From Felis catus (taxonomy: Eukaryota): a stretch of 64,000 bases of DNA. Shown piece after piece: positions 1-12,699 of the stretch (the first letter of the stretch is position 1; the number at the start of each line of letters is the position of its first letter). Location: the NCBI RefSeq assembly GCF_018350175.1, contig NC_058368.1:5642001-5706000 (forward strand). Reading direction: 5' to 3'. Below the pieces are notes generated by a model that had not been told where the DNA came from, searched no databases, and saw only the letters and a program-made list of their open reading frames with translations. A program made the translations under genes and the position numbers.

Positions 1-899
1 CAAAGGAATTTGCAGTCTTTGTGGTTTGGGTAAAAAGGTGGTTCATTTTACTGGTTTCTTGGTGAAAAATGTTTCATGATAAATTCAATCTTTCCTCAAA
101 AAAAAAATCCCCAAATCTACTTTTCTGTGCAAAATTCAACATGAAAGCCTTTCTCTATTGAAGCAGCCGAATGTGGAGTTGTGTGGACCCGGGCAAACAG
201 TTTTGGGTCCAAGGTTAAGGATATTTATTGCCGGAGGTATTATGTGTTCGTATCCAGGAAGAACAAAATCTAGTCCATCGACAGTGGTTTTCAAATGCAT
301 TCATTTAGTTTCTTTTGTTTTAGGGGGAATGTTTTTCTCCTTCTCCTTTTAATCCTTTTCCACACACTTGGTAGAATTTGGGAGGATTTCTGCCAGGGAT
401 AACTAGCAAAGGTATACAATGTGCGAATACACAGGAGATCTGCTGGTTTCATTGCACAGACTTCAGAGAAAGTTCCTTACACTCTGACTTTGGCATAGCA
501 TGCAGGAAATTCCTCGTTGGTCTGCCCGATGCAATAAACAGCCCTCCTGCATCTAACCACATCCACGCTGAAAGTTTCTTAGGTGGGGTTACTTTTGTTT
601 TTTGTGTAAAAGTTAAGGGTCCCAGGATTCCAATTCCACACTTTCTTTAGCTCCTCGGTTTGGAGTTTGTGTAAGGACTGTGTTTAGGAGTTAATGGGAC
701 TTGCGGTTGGACTTACTCTAGTGTTTTCTTTGTGCACACGGGAAGGGTAGACAAGGTAAACAGATCCCCTGTGGGGATGCTTTCGGTAAACCTTCCATTA
801 CATCAGACTGATCAAAAACATCAGAAGTTCGCATTTGCTTTTCGATTACTCATTGAGGACGTGGCTGCTTATATTCAGTGCCGGTGAGTCCTTCAGTAA

Positions 900-1067
900 C
901 CCTGCTACTCCAAGGGTGGCCCCTGGCCAGGTGGCCTCAGGATCACCAGAGGGAGGGCTTGTTCAAATGCTAAATCTCAGGCCCCAACGCAGAGCTGCTA
1001 GACTGGACTCTGCATTTTAACCAGAGCCCCACACGGTTCATAGGACATTAAAGGTGGAGAAGTCCCG
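900..1067 (+). mobile_element. MER5A1-like hAT-Charlie MITE, decayed
   Basis: ctgctactccaagggtggc...ggatcacc...cttgttcaaatgctaaatctcaggcccc...ctctgcattttaacc...acattaaaggtggagaagtcc follows the recalled MER5A1 consensus end to end. Confidence 0.7.
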
Positions 1068-1184
1068 AGTCCTGTCCGTGCTAGTAGAGTGCCTGAGTCC
1101 GTTCCAGTAAGATCTCCGTGGGAGGGTGTGAGGGAGAAAACAGGCTGGCCAGCGGGGCAGAGGAAGGAGAGCCCGGGAGGACAT

Positions 1185-1720
1185 CGCCTGAGTTAAATTA
1201 TGCTCATTAATTCAATTTGCGGCAGGAATGTGTGTAAATAAACGCGGGCCGCTGCAGAAGTTCTGTTTCCTGCAGGGCTTGGGCAGGAATGCAGGGGCCA
1301 GTGGCCGTGAAAACCTGAGTGGAGATCAGTCAGCCCTACAGCCACGAGACAATGACAGTAAAGAGGGCATTAGCTTTATCGCGTTAGGGAAGTTTTAAAT
1401 GCAGGGTTTAGTGCCAAACCAAGTGGAACAGGAGAGGCCGTGCTAGCATAGATAAAATCTTAATTATTGGAAAAGATTAAGCTCGCTTGGCTGTTCCGTC
1501 CTCCTTTTTGAAATCAGTGCGGGTCAGATTTCCAAAGGGGTTACATGAAAAGGACAGTGCCACAGTCCTACGCAGCCTGTCAGCGCTTCACGTGCGCATT
1601 TTCCCTGCAAAACTGAGTCCGTGAAAAACGGGGAAGAGAAAATGGAGTTCCCCAGGTTAAGAGCAGCTCCTGCCTACCATAAACCTGTAAGATGTTTATG
1701 GGCTTGACTTTTGGCACTTC
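1185..1720. promoter_or_regulatory. Candidate enhancer (repeat-free, motif-dense)
   Basis: No recognisable repeat. Two GGAATG (TEAD-type), GTAAATAAAC (forkhead-type), TAAT cores, ACAATGACAG, AGATAA, TGCCAA, CCATAAA and TTTATGG. Function is inferred only. Confidence 0.35.
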
Positions 1721-1999
1721 GTGTTCAGGAACGGTTTGGGGGGCGGGGGCTGAGCAATCATCTCTGGTTAATATTTATTAAACCCCATGGGGCATGCTGG
1801 GCAAAGACGCCTGCCTAACCATTAAAAGATGGCCTCATTGAATGTTATTTATGCCAAAGAGACATCTGCTTTCCAGCTTAAAAATTAGCCACAAGTCCCT
1901 CGTCCCTACTCACGGACGGGATGATCTAGAGGAGAGTCCTGTCCTTTAATTTTACCTAGAGATGCTTTCCTCAATGCCTCTGTGCTTAGGCCTATGCTA

Positions 2000-2190
2000 A
2001 TGATGATAAGAATAGCTCACCAAGTGCCGGGCGCTTTACTGAGTGCGTTATGTGTTTAATCTTTAGTGCCGTTCCTATCTGATGGACATGAAACCGAGTC
2101 CTGGTAAAGTTAAGGAACCTACCCATGGCCACGTGGTCGGGAGGGGGCCCGGCATTTGACCTCAGGCTGCCTCGGGGGGCCCCTAACCAC
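2000..2190 (-). mobile_element. MIR SINE, ancient
   Basis: atagctcaccaagtgccgggcgc...gaaaccgagtcctggtaaagttaaggaacctacccatggccac...atttgacctcaggc matches the reverse complement of the MIR core and 3' end. Confidence 0.65.
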
Positions 2191-2377
2191 AGCCGTTCAC
2201 CCCTCAATACACAGCAGCCCCATCTCTTTCAACTGTGCCCTGAGCTGTGCGCCTTCTCTGTCTCTTAGGAGCCCTCCGCATCATTTTGTCGTGAAAAAAA
2301 CATTTTTCTCTTTATTATTGCGCACTAGTGTGTACCCAAGTCTTTCACCCACTGGATTGTTAGAAATTAGAGAGAAG

Positions 2378-2452
2378 GGGGGCACCTGGGTGGCTCGGTC
2401 AGTGAAGCATCTCTCAAAAAACAAACATCACAAGTAACTTTAAAGAAAGAAA
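2378..2452 (+). mobile_element. Can-SINE with large internal deletion (head joined to tail)
   Basis: ggggcacctgggtggctcggtcagtgaagcat runs directly into ctctcaaaaaacaaac. Degenerate TSD agaaattagagagaag (2362-2377) / agaaatcctagagaag (2453-2468). Confidence 0.75.
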
Positions 2453-4805
2453 AGAAATCCTAGAGAAGAGACTGGCATAGACGAGGCCCTCGGTGAACAG
2501 TAATTCGTTCCTCCTGAATGCTGACAGGCCAGTGACTTCAGTCCTGAGCCTCCCCCTGGTTCTACAGGAGAACTTACAGGTGTTTGCACTTTCCCAACAC
2601 CGAGTGGCATTCTGGGGAAGCACGGAGAACCCTTGCCTCTCGGCTGTATCCCTTCCTCTTTAAAAGGCTAGAAAAGTCCTCTCCTGTACGCCACTGCAGG
2701 TAAACCTGGAGACCACTTCTTGGTACCCACATGGGACTCCCATTAACGCGGACACAGCACGCGTGCGTCAAGGGGACACAGAAAAAATCCTGCAGACCGT
2801 TGAGGCCTTGATTGACAGTCTTGTTGGCCGCTCAGGGCTCGATTTAAATGCTGGCAGAGAGTGACAGGAAGCAAAGCGAGTTTTCACTCCTAGTTATTTC
2901 CTCGCTTGTGTATACACTGGCCTGTCCCTCGGGGGTGCAGAAGGGGCAGAGGCAAGAAAGATGAGAAATCAAGCTCTTGGGGCCCATCCCTCTAGGCCAC
3001 CCTCGGTATTCTAACTTCCGCACCATCGGGCCGAGCCTGGTTAATAAAAGGACCTTGGGCGTCCCGCTCCTGCCTGCTGTGAGTGCCCACCTCGGGGAGG
3101 GTCCGCGGCCTTCAGCAAACAGCATGAGCTCAAGTCGGGTTGGCCTCTGCTCCCTCGGCCATCACGGCAGCGTCGCAAAGGGACTCCACAAATCCCACCC
3201 GTCCTTGGGGGTGGCAGTTGAACAGTGTTGCGGGGGGGAAAAAATCATCTCAGGATTTCGCTCTCTGTCACTCATCACCCACACTCCCAACTCGCCAGTA
3301 TCCGGGGACTGATGTATTTGTGGAGAAGCGCCACTCCCCGCTTCTGCTCCCACTCTCTTTTCCTGCCTGTCTCTTCCCGACTTTTCTGCTCATTAGCAGG
3401 CTCTCAGAAAGCAGGCTGGGGAAGGAAGCAAGAAGATAATTCTAAAATCGGTGTCAGTCTTGGCTTATGCTCCAAGTCTGCCTCCTTGGGAAGGGAGGGG
3501 GATCTTGAGCTGGGTGAGCCCTTTCTCTGCTGGGGTTTCCCCAGGTGATGTGGCTACTTTCAACTTCCAAGTTCGTGCTCCTTCCCTCGGCCTGAGAAGG
3601 TCCTGAGCATGCTTCGAAAAGTCCGACGTTGGAGGAATGGGGCCCAAGTCAGAGCAGCCGGGTGGACGGAACTCGATTTCCCTGCTGCCTCTGCTTCTCT
3701 CTCACTGTTGACCTCTGCCCTTGAGCCTTCTCACGAGCCTCCTCCCTTCGTCATCGCCTCTCCTGTCTGCTCACATCCCTCCCCAGGCTCTGCTGACTGT
3801 GTACTCCCTGAGACCAAGAGACCTTTCTGTGGAGATGAAGGGGGCTGGGCCCTGTGGCCTTGGCCTTTCTGTCCCTCCCGGGCCCTAGTCTCGGCAGCAA
3901 GGACATCGGAGCAGGCCACACTCTCCCGCCCTTGCTTCCGCTTCCTGCTCTGCCCAAGATTCCCTTCCTCACCCCAGACTAGAGCACAGCCTCCTTTCAT
4001 TTGCCTCGTTCCCCTGTGTCTCTATCCCGGACTCTGCCCTTCTCTCCTTCCACCGGGCGTGAGAGGCATGTTCCTCGAAGCGGGGAACGTAAAGGCTAAA
4101 TCCTGCGTCCACTAATTGTCCGAGGAATGTCGCTTGCCCTTTCCAGCTCATTAACAGAACGGAGGGTGGCCAGTGGTAGAGCCACCGACGGCCTAGATCG
4201 ATCGGCCCCGACCCCGAGGACTCTCAGTGTCCCCCTGCTGCTCGCGATGCTGTTTTCTTGCTGTTAGTTCTGTCTGTCTTGCGCTAAAGCAGCCACAACC
4301 TGATAGGAGGGGAGTTCAAGCAGAGCAGGGTATTTGTAGGTATTTTTTTTCTCTTTTAAAATTGGCCTTTTACTGAGCCATGGGGATGGTTTCCATGCAT
4401 TACTCCTTAATGATATGTTTATTTACCTAGACCCACATAATTCTCCCTTGCCCTATAATAATCCGATATTAACTTGTAATAACCAGGATGCCTATTGCAG
4501 GAAGGGGTGTTTCAAAGAGAAGCAAAGGGAATTGCAGGTTCAAAATTCCTGAGAGAAACTGAATAGAACCCTACGGAAGAGGATGTGGGAAAATGACGGG
4601 CTCAAGAGGGCAGCCTTCCAGAGTAGCACATCGCCAGCTATCTCTGCTCACACGCCATTGTTCGAAAGCTGCCTTTGGTTTGAAGGAAGTTTCTTCCTCT
4701 GAGCATATTAAAGTAGGTAGTTCTAAAATTGGCTGGCAACGTTCTGTCGTCTCTTAGATAAGAGGTATGTTCTTTGGTAGCTGTAACTGAACAGTAATGA
4801 CACTT

Positions 4806-5020
4806 GGGCGCCTGGGTGGCTCAGTCAGTCAAGCGTCCGACTTCAGCTCAGGTCACGATCTCACGGGTTCATGGTTCGAGCCCCACGTCGGGCTCTGTGC
4901 TGACCGCTCAGAGCCAGGAGCCTGCTTCGGATTCTGTGTCTCCCTCTCTCTCTGCCCCCTCCCCTGCTTGCACTCTGTCTCTCTCTGTCTCTCGAAAATG
5001 AATAAACATTTTAAAAAGAT
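4806..5020 (+). mobile_element. Can-SINE (SINEC_Fc), full length
   Basis: A/B-box head, (CT)n segment, A-rich tail. TSD taatgacactt (4795-4805) / taatggcactt (5021-5031). Confidence 0.95.
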
Positions 5021-5941
5021 TAATGGCACTTGAGATTTCCAAATTACCTAATATGGCCCCCACGCCCACAACAGAAGTTGGGACGTCGGGGCCGTGATGG
5101 TGGAATAAAGCATTTGTCGCCGGGATTAGTTCATAAATCTAAATTAGCTCTTTTTCCGGAAGATTCTCAGTGTGGAAATGGTGGCATTTGGCTCTAGTTG
5201 GATTTGAATGCTCATGTTTTGTGTGTTTGTATGATTAGAAGGGGATTCTGTGCCCCTGTTGTGTATACAGTGCCTGTCATATGCTGTCCACCCTTCTGGC
5301 TTCCCTATTTTTTTGTCACATCTGCAAGTGCCATCTGCCTTTTGTAAACAGGTCACTAATCCCAGACTAGAGGCATGAAATACAGCTGACGCCTTACACG
5401 CTCCACATGTGCTGAATGCCGACAGCGAAAGAGGGAAGGGCCTGAGGACTCAGCCTCACGGGGCAGAGTGCCTCCTCGGGCCACTGCAGGGAAATCCCTG
5501 CCAAGCAGCAGCCCACAGCCTCGTGCCATCTGGTAGCTGTTGAGTAGCATATAGGAAAAATGTCCTGAGACCCAAGGCCTTCTCCAGAGGGAGCGTCAGA
5601 GTTTTACTGCCGCGAGAGTGGAATGAGAAAAATGGGATGAAGCTTTCAGATTCTAGCCCCTTCTAACCCAGGCGCCCCCAAAAATCATTTGAGATGCACA
5701 CCTCTGATGTGTGCACTTTGTCGTTGGGTGTATCTTTTACTCTGACAAAAGGTTTCCATTTAAAGATAGGACAAGTGTGTAAGGAAAAACGTCTTTCCTC
5801 AATCCAACTTTCGCTAATAACTGAATCGAGAGGGGAGAGAGAAGGCGGCAACAAATCAAAGCAGGCGTTTCCATGTGCAGGACCCTGAGATAGGAACTCG
5901 CTTCCCATCTGCCCTGGGAAGGCTTCACTTGTTTCGTTTTG

Positions 5942-6050
5942 TTTTTAAGATTCTATTTTTAAGTCGTCTCTACACCCAACCGGGTGGGGCTTGAACCTAC
6001 AACCCTGAGATCAAGAGTCTCATGCTCCACCCACCAAGCCAGCTGGGTGC
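5942..6050 (-). mobile_element. Short older Can-SINE
   Basis: tctctacacccaac...ggggcttgaacc...cctgagatcaagagtctcatgctc...agccagctgggtgc. Confidence 0.85.
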
Positions 6051-6692
6051 TGTGGGTGGTGGGGGAGCCTTTGCTTTTAATAACTCTCCTGCTTCAGTTT
6101 TCCTTTGTCTATTGAGGGTTCCTAGTTTGCTTTGTTAGTTTGATATTTTTTTAACAGAATAATAGTAAGTACATCAATATGTGTTTGAATCCCAGTAGAA
6201 TGCTTTTGAATAAATGTTTCCACGGCTGCTTATGCATCGCGTACTCTAACAAAAAATCTAAAACATATATTTTAATATACTGACTTGGAAATTACCACTA
6301 TTTGGACGGTAGTTAGAGGCATGGGAGTAGATGATACTGCCAGGGTAAGTGGGCAAAGAGATTTAAAAAAAGTAGAACAGAGCCCCGAGCCCCCGGGGGG
6401 AAACTGGCATCTCCAGCGTTGGTAAACAGCCTTCTGCTCACCAAAAGTAGCACACGTTAACGAGACCGAGCACACTGATCACTCTGTAAAGGCTGCCTGA
6501 ATAATTCAGTCTTGTTTTCTCTTTAAAAAGTGAAATCGCTTTGAGCTGCTCTAAAATTCCTGGTCTGAAATTTTACATCAGGACCAAAACAGTACCCAGA
6601 CTAAGAATTTTAGTAGCACCGTTTTCCTTGCTAAAGAACTTTTCATAGATATGTTGTCTAAACTTTCTGAAACTGACAAGGAAAATGTCTTT

Positions 6693-6911
6693 AAAAAAAA
6701 AATTTTTTTTTTAACGCTTATTCATTTTTGAGACACAGAGAGAGTGCAAGCAGGGCAGGAGCAGAGAGAGAGAGGAAGACACAGAATCCCAAGCAGGATC
6801 CAGGCTCCGAGCTGTCGGCACAGAGCCCGACGTGGGCTCGAACTGACACACCGCGAGATCATGACCCGAGCCGAAGTTGGACGCTTAACCGACTGAGCCA
6901 CCCAGGCACCC
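6693..6911 (-). mobile_element. Can-SINE (SINEC_Fc), full length
   Basis: Ends gactgagccacccaggcaccc. TSD aaaatgtcttt at 6682-6692 and 6913-6923. Confidence 0.95.
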
Positions 6912-9739
6912 TAAAATGTCTTTTTTTTTTAGTTGACAAGGAAACTGCCTTTTTAGCTTAGAAAATGCTAAAAAACAAAAGGGCTAAAAACACATGGGCA
7001 TTGTGTGCAGAACCTGGTCGGGAGGGTCGCTGTGCTTGGCCCACGCAGGGCATCTGAGTGTTGGTGGGGGCTGGGCTGTTGAACCGGTGGGGGGTGGGTA
7101 TAAAGTGTGCAGGCTCCTGGGGGCTTTCTTGTCGGTGGATGTTTTATTGGAATAGGTGCATGTCTTTGCCTGTGTTTAATCTTACGTGAAAATACTACCT
7201 CTGAAGCTTTCTTTTTCCTCACTTCAATGTGACATTTTTTTCTGTGACCTCTCAGACTATCACGAGAACACAATTTAAATTCCACCAACTAAGGGAGACT
7301 TCCTTTTGACAAATAATTAAGTACTACTTGTTTTCCATCTTCCGACAATAATTTGTTTTCCTGTTTTGCTGTTTTCCTGTTTCGTTGTTTTACATGTAGT
7401 AAACAAGTAAATTCTGATCTTCTTCCCCATTTCCCAGCAAACACCAGCGTCTGTGCATTGCTGTTAAATTTGTATTATCGTCATCTGTCGTATATATAAT
7501 TTAAATGAAATTTTAAAAATATTAAAAGGTCTTAAGACTTCAGGAAGTTGAAAACCCCCTGGGCAGAGCATTGTACGGACAACTTTTGTTAAAATCACCT
7601 TCCCCCACCTCCTCTGTCTTGGCTTCAGGACTCTTTAAGAAACAACTTCACTGCTCTTTAAAAAAAAAAAAAAAAAAGTCTTCGAGATGCGGTCTGATCA
7701 TAACTCTCTTCACACTTGCTCAAGGCTCAATAGCAGATTAATAAAATATTCTTTAAGGAGGACTATTATTTTAGGCTCAGCATGGGGTTTTATGCAAACC
7801 TTAGCTCTTTTCCTGTTGGATATTATCAATACCACTTTCACATCCTTCCTCCCTAATGCAATAACCTCTTCTTCACCCCAAAGTGGTTGATCTCCTGGCA
7901 ACACTCAGCACTCGTTGCTTCTAGAAGTTCTGTCTTCTGATACATAATCCTTTCCCGTCTCTCCTGACTGTGACTTTACTGTATTTCATTGGTCTGTCCT
8001 ACTCCACCGTCCATCCCTTTAAATGTAATTGGTCTGAAGGATTCTTGACTCACCTTTTTTTTTTAAATAAACTTTCTCCCTCTGTTATATCCTATATGCC
8101 AAAAGCTTCAATTCCAGCTAAAAACAATCAACTTCCAAGAGTATATCTTTAGCCCAACGCTGTATAGTTGCCGACAACTCGACTGACTTGGAAAATGGAA
8201 ACATATCTTTTTCCTCTTCTGTATTTCTTTAAATACCTAACAGACTACCTGGTACCTAGTACATATTAGATAGATGAAAAACATGCTCACAACAGTGAAA
8301 CTTCTTAATTTCTGCATTCAGTTCTGTGATTTTCACTCTAACGAAATAACCCCCGAGGATGTACCGGAAGAACGAATATAGATATTTCCTCTCCCCGATA
8401 CATATTTATACTTTTGTCATGACGATCAGTAGGCCACCCTCACAAATGGTGTATTTCTGGCTCTACCTATCAGACTTCTTGTAGAAGGTACAGCTTGGGG
8501 ATCGACACTTGGCAGAATATATTTTTTTTTCCCCTGACTCTTGTGGGACTGACTGATTTTGAATATAAGCCGTGGAGCAGAAATGTTAAAACACTTGGGA
8601 GCCCCGTCCCCCCCCCCACCCCCGCAGTGGGAGTCTTTTATTGCCAGAAGTGAATATCCCATAGAGCTGAAGAAAGTCCTATGAAATTTAGCCTTTAAAA
8701 ACAAAGCTGTGTTTCAGTTCTGTGGAAACAGAGGGGATTGCTTAAAAAAAAATGACACGGCAGATGTGATGAGAATTTGTTTGAAGGCATTTCTCTCAGG
8801 TTAAGTCACGTTCTCCAACTTACAACCTGGAACACATTTTGACAACTCAGCAGAGCTCCACGGTGGAGAGTCCGCGACGATGAAGAGGGTTTGTGCCGTG
8901 GGACGGGCTGGGGGCCGGAAATGGACTCCCCCTGCTTGAGAAGTACCCGTTCCTCTCCCTCCGTCGACTGAGCAAAGCCAAGGAGCGAACTTGAAAACAC
9001 GAGCTGTGTCCCCTCTCCTCTGCAGTGATGCGTTCGGTGCTGCAGGTGATTCGCACAGGGTCGCAGGTCGGGTTGCCTTGGTGCGAAGCACAGAGGTGTT
9101 GTTTTGTGTGCTGGCCTTCCGTTTCTTGCATAAACATGAGGGCCAGATCATTAAATGACCCCTAGTGGAAAGTATTCTTCCACCACTCTCCAGGGAGGAA
9201 AGCATTAAATGCCAGCACCGAGTATTGAGTGTTGAGTACTGAGTTAATGTTAGATAGGCCCGGGTTTGGGACTGTTGCCATCAAAGAGGGTGGCCATCTT
9301 AATCAGACATTGCCTTCGCGTGGGTCTGGGACAGGATATCACTGGAGAGTGTGATGCATCTTTCCCTCAGCTCTTCATCCGGATGCTGATGCTCCGGAGA
9401 GCCAGGGCACCTTGGGGTGGCCCACCGCCGTGCCACCGCGAGCCTGGATAAAGAGGGGCCACCGTCTCAGCCCCACCTGGGAAGCTGCCCCTTGCTGTGG
9501 GACATGCCACAGCTTACCCACCCTCCCGAGCGTGTCCCACAGATGGAGGGTTTAGAACCCAGTTTATTGAGGATTTTGCGTGCTCACACATAAAAGTGGT
9601 GGCGTCCCTCCGGTATTTGCTTGGTAAATGGCACTTATTATAGGACTCTTCTCGATTCATAGTACCGACCTGTCAGAAATGGTTTGGGAGCATTTTGGGG
9701 TCAAAAACTCCCCATGTAGCCTTTCAGCACAAATTCATC

Positions 9740-10340
9740 TTTGCCTGTGATATACCGGGTACTTTGTAGGACCTGGAGATACAACCAGGATGGGGACTAA
9801 GGGCGCCTGTTCCCGTGGAACTCCCATTCTGGTGATGTCAGGCAGAAACCAACGAATAACATATGAAGAGGATGAAAAATCGTTATCACACATACGCAGA
9901 GAATTACAAGTGACCGTGTGCTTCCTTCAGGTAGGGTGCTAAGAGGGGCGTCTCAAGGGAGCCGCCATCTTGGCTAGGGTTGGACTGAGAAGCAGGAGCC
10001 CCTGGTGCCCAGAGTGGGAGAGAAGGAGCCGAGCAGAAGGTGCAGAGACTGTTGGGTTCTGTGTAGAGAGCAGAGGTCAGTTTGGTTGTCGTGGGAACCG
10101 GGGAGAGTGGCGGGAAGTGAGAGCACGGGGTGAGCGGTGGCCAGATCATAGGGGGCCTTTATCAAGCACACAGTGAGAAACTTGGATCTTACTCTAGATG
10201 GGATGGAAAGCCTCTGAAAAGTTTTGAGCAGGAAAGTTACATGATCCGATGTACATTTTTAAAAGGTCAGCTCGCTGCTCCCTGGTGCTAAGAGGAGGGA
10301 GTTGGTGGAGAAGAAGCAAGAGAACCAATGAGTCTTCATG
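9740..10340 (-). mobile_element. L2 LINE fragment
   Basis: Purine-rich; ggccagatcatagggggcctt...gaaacttggatcttactctagatgggatggaaagcctctgaaaagttttgagcagg...tttttaaaaggtcagctcgctgc is typical antisense L2. Confidence 0.7.
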
Positions 10341-11723
10341 GAGTTGGGATCTGGAGGAGAAAAATGGCTAACTCCCTGTTCGGTACAGGACGGTGTCTAA
10401 GGCATGACTGAATTTGGAGTCAAATGGGTAGTGCAGTTGGCCTTGTGTTTGGAGGTGGGCCCAGTGAGTGGGTCCCGTTGGTGTAGTGAAGAAGGAGAGG
10501 CAGAGGGGTGAAGGGAGACAGTTCTGGGGTTGCACAGGAACTGTCTGAAGTGGGCAACTCACTGAGGCTGATGAGCTTTCCTGAAAACACCGAACCTGGG
10601 AGAAGACACCCTTTTGCACGATTCTGCGAGCCCGGGTGGTACCAGAAGTGGCCGAAGAAGGGCGTTGGGCCAGGGGATTTTGTAAGAATTGGGGTAGGGA
10701 AGCTGAGAGTTAGCTTGAAGAAGAGGAAAAGGGAAAAGGGACCAAACTGAAAGGGCCTTGGGAGTTTTGCGGGATTGGAGAATTTTTCCTAAGGAGCTCC
10801 AATAGCTTCTGTGCACATGCAAAAGAAAAGAAGTCCCATCGTACTTGGAGCTGAGAAGTGTTACATGCATGTGTATGCCTTTAAAGGAGTTAAATTTTAT
10901 ACTCAGTAGATGCATATTTCATGTAAAAATTTATCATAGCTATGAATACAAGTTCATAGGTATATTATATACACCTAATTTAAAATGTGGTTCTTAGAAG
11001 AAGCTAAATCAACTAAAAAGGACAAATTTAAATTTTTAGTTATTTTTTCCATTACTTTCCTACACAGATCTTAGAAACAGGAACAGAGTTTGTTTCAGAA
11101 GTCAGTTTCTGGGAGGAGTAAGGAGGAATGCTTTAAATTGCCGTTGATCGCAAAGAAACTGGCACGGAGGGCTGAGGTTTCAGAATGAGATTAGATTTCA
11201 CTCTACAGCTTATTAGCTGAGCTACAGTCACTCCGTAGCCTATTAGCTGGGAAACTATCTCCAAACAGGATATGGTGATTATTTGTAAATGATCATTGAA
11301 CTGCTGATAATAGCTCATCACTGGGTACTCAGGGGAACAGCTCCTTTTAACCATGCATATAAAGACAACGTGAATGAGAATATCATAGGTACAAGCACGT
11401 AAATATCAGCTGATACACCAGGTTGGAAGATTCCTAAGTAAAGATAATTCACAATAATTTAGATATAACAGACTGTAGATTAGGCATGTTTTAAGTAACT
11501 AGTATTTATGGAAAAGGATAACAACAAATTCGTGGCAATCAAATGAAACGAGAGCATGGGATTCAAAAGAAGGACAGTGAAGAAGTTCACCGAACATGAA
11601 GGGGAGATTGCTCAAGAGATCTGTAGGGAATCATTTTTCCCACTCTCCTCTCTGCATTTCGAAAGGCGGATGCAATTACAGCTAGAAGACATCATCTGAA
11701 TGTGGAGTGAGATGCTAATAGTC

Positions 11724-11754
<31 letters not shown>

Positions 11755-12123
11755 ACTGGCAGTGAAGTTTCAGTAATATCTTTACTCCCCTCCCCAAAGC
11801 TTTGGAGAACATTGGACATTACTCAGTACAAGCAGGTTGAGTTATTTGTTCAAATGACCAGCGTTTTTGAAATAGGGAGTCCAGCTTCTGTCCACAGGAA
11901 TCCCCATATCTGGCGGGCAAAGAATAAATCCCATGCATCTGGATACTTCTATTTTGGATCATGAGTATTTGAAGTAATCATTCATAACCATTTATTTGAA
12001 ATACTTTGTTACATCATAGCTAGGTGGTATCCATAAAAAAAAAAAAAAAAAAGATTTTCCAAAGCATCTGTGCATGTTTCTCTGTAAGCATTTTGCATCA
12101 TGCTTAAAAAAAAGCTCCTCTTA

Positions 12124-12340
12124 GGGGCGCCTGGGTGGCTCAGTCGGTTGAGCGTCTGACTTCAGCTCAGGTCATGATCTCACGGTTCGTGGGTTCGAGC
12201 CCCGCGTCAGGCTCCGTGCTGACAGCTCAGAGGCTGGAGCCTGTTTCGGATTCTGCATCTCCCTCTCTCTCTCTGCTCCTCCCCTGCTCACACTTTGTCT
12301 CTCTCTCAAAAGTAAATAAAATTAAAAAAAAAAAATTAAA
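12124..12340 (+). mobile_element. Can-SINE (SINEC_Fc), full length
   Basis: Canonical body. Flanks aaaaaaagctcctctt / aaaaaaggtcctctt. Confidence 0.95.
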
Positions 12341-12352
12341 AAAGGTCCTCTT

Positions 12353-12576
12353 GGAGCACCTGGGTGGCTCCGTCGGCTAAGCGTCCAGCTCTCGACTTCG
12401 GCTCAGGTCGGGATCGCGCAGTTGGCGTGTTCAAGCCCCACATCAGGCTCTGTGCTGACAGCATGGAGCCTGCCTGGGAGCCTCTCTCCCCCTCTTTGTC
12501 TGCTCCTCCCCTGTGGGCACACGGGTGTGTACATGCACGCGTTTGCTCTCGCTCTCTCTCAAAATTAAAAAAAAAA
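12353..12576 (+). mobile_element. Can-SINE, more diverged, in tandem with the previous copy
   Basis: ggagcacctgggtggctccgtcggctaagcg...ctctctcaaaattaaaaa, followed by aaaggctcttc. Confidence 0.92.
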
Positions 12577-12699
12577 GGCTCTTCATCCTGCCTTTGCCCT
12601 GGAATGTTGGTGCCCCAGGCGCTGCTGTTCAGTTTCTTCCGTCACGTCTTTTTGTTCCCATGCTGTCCTTTCAACCACTGCTCTTGGACAGTGACCCCC

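Noticed and set aside
4797..5033. Recurrent MAQSVKRPTSAQVMIS-like peptides here and at many other loci
   Set aside because: Can-SINE translations, not a gene family
7060..7125. TATAAA within a G-rich stretch as a core promoter
   Set aside because: Isolated motif with no downstream gene evidence
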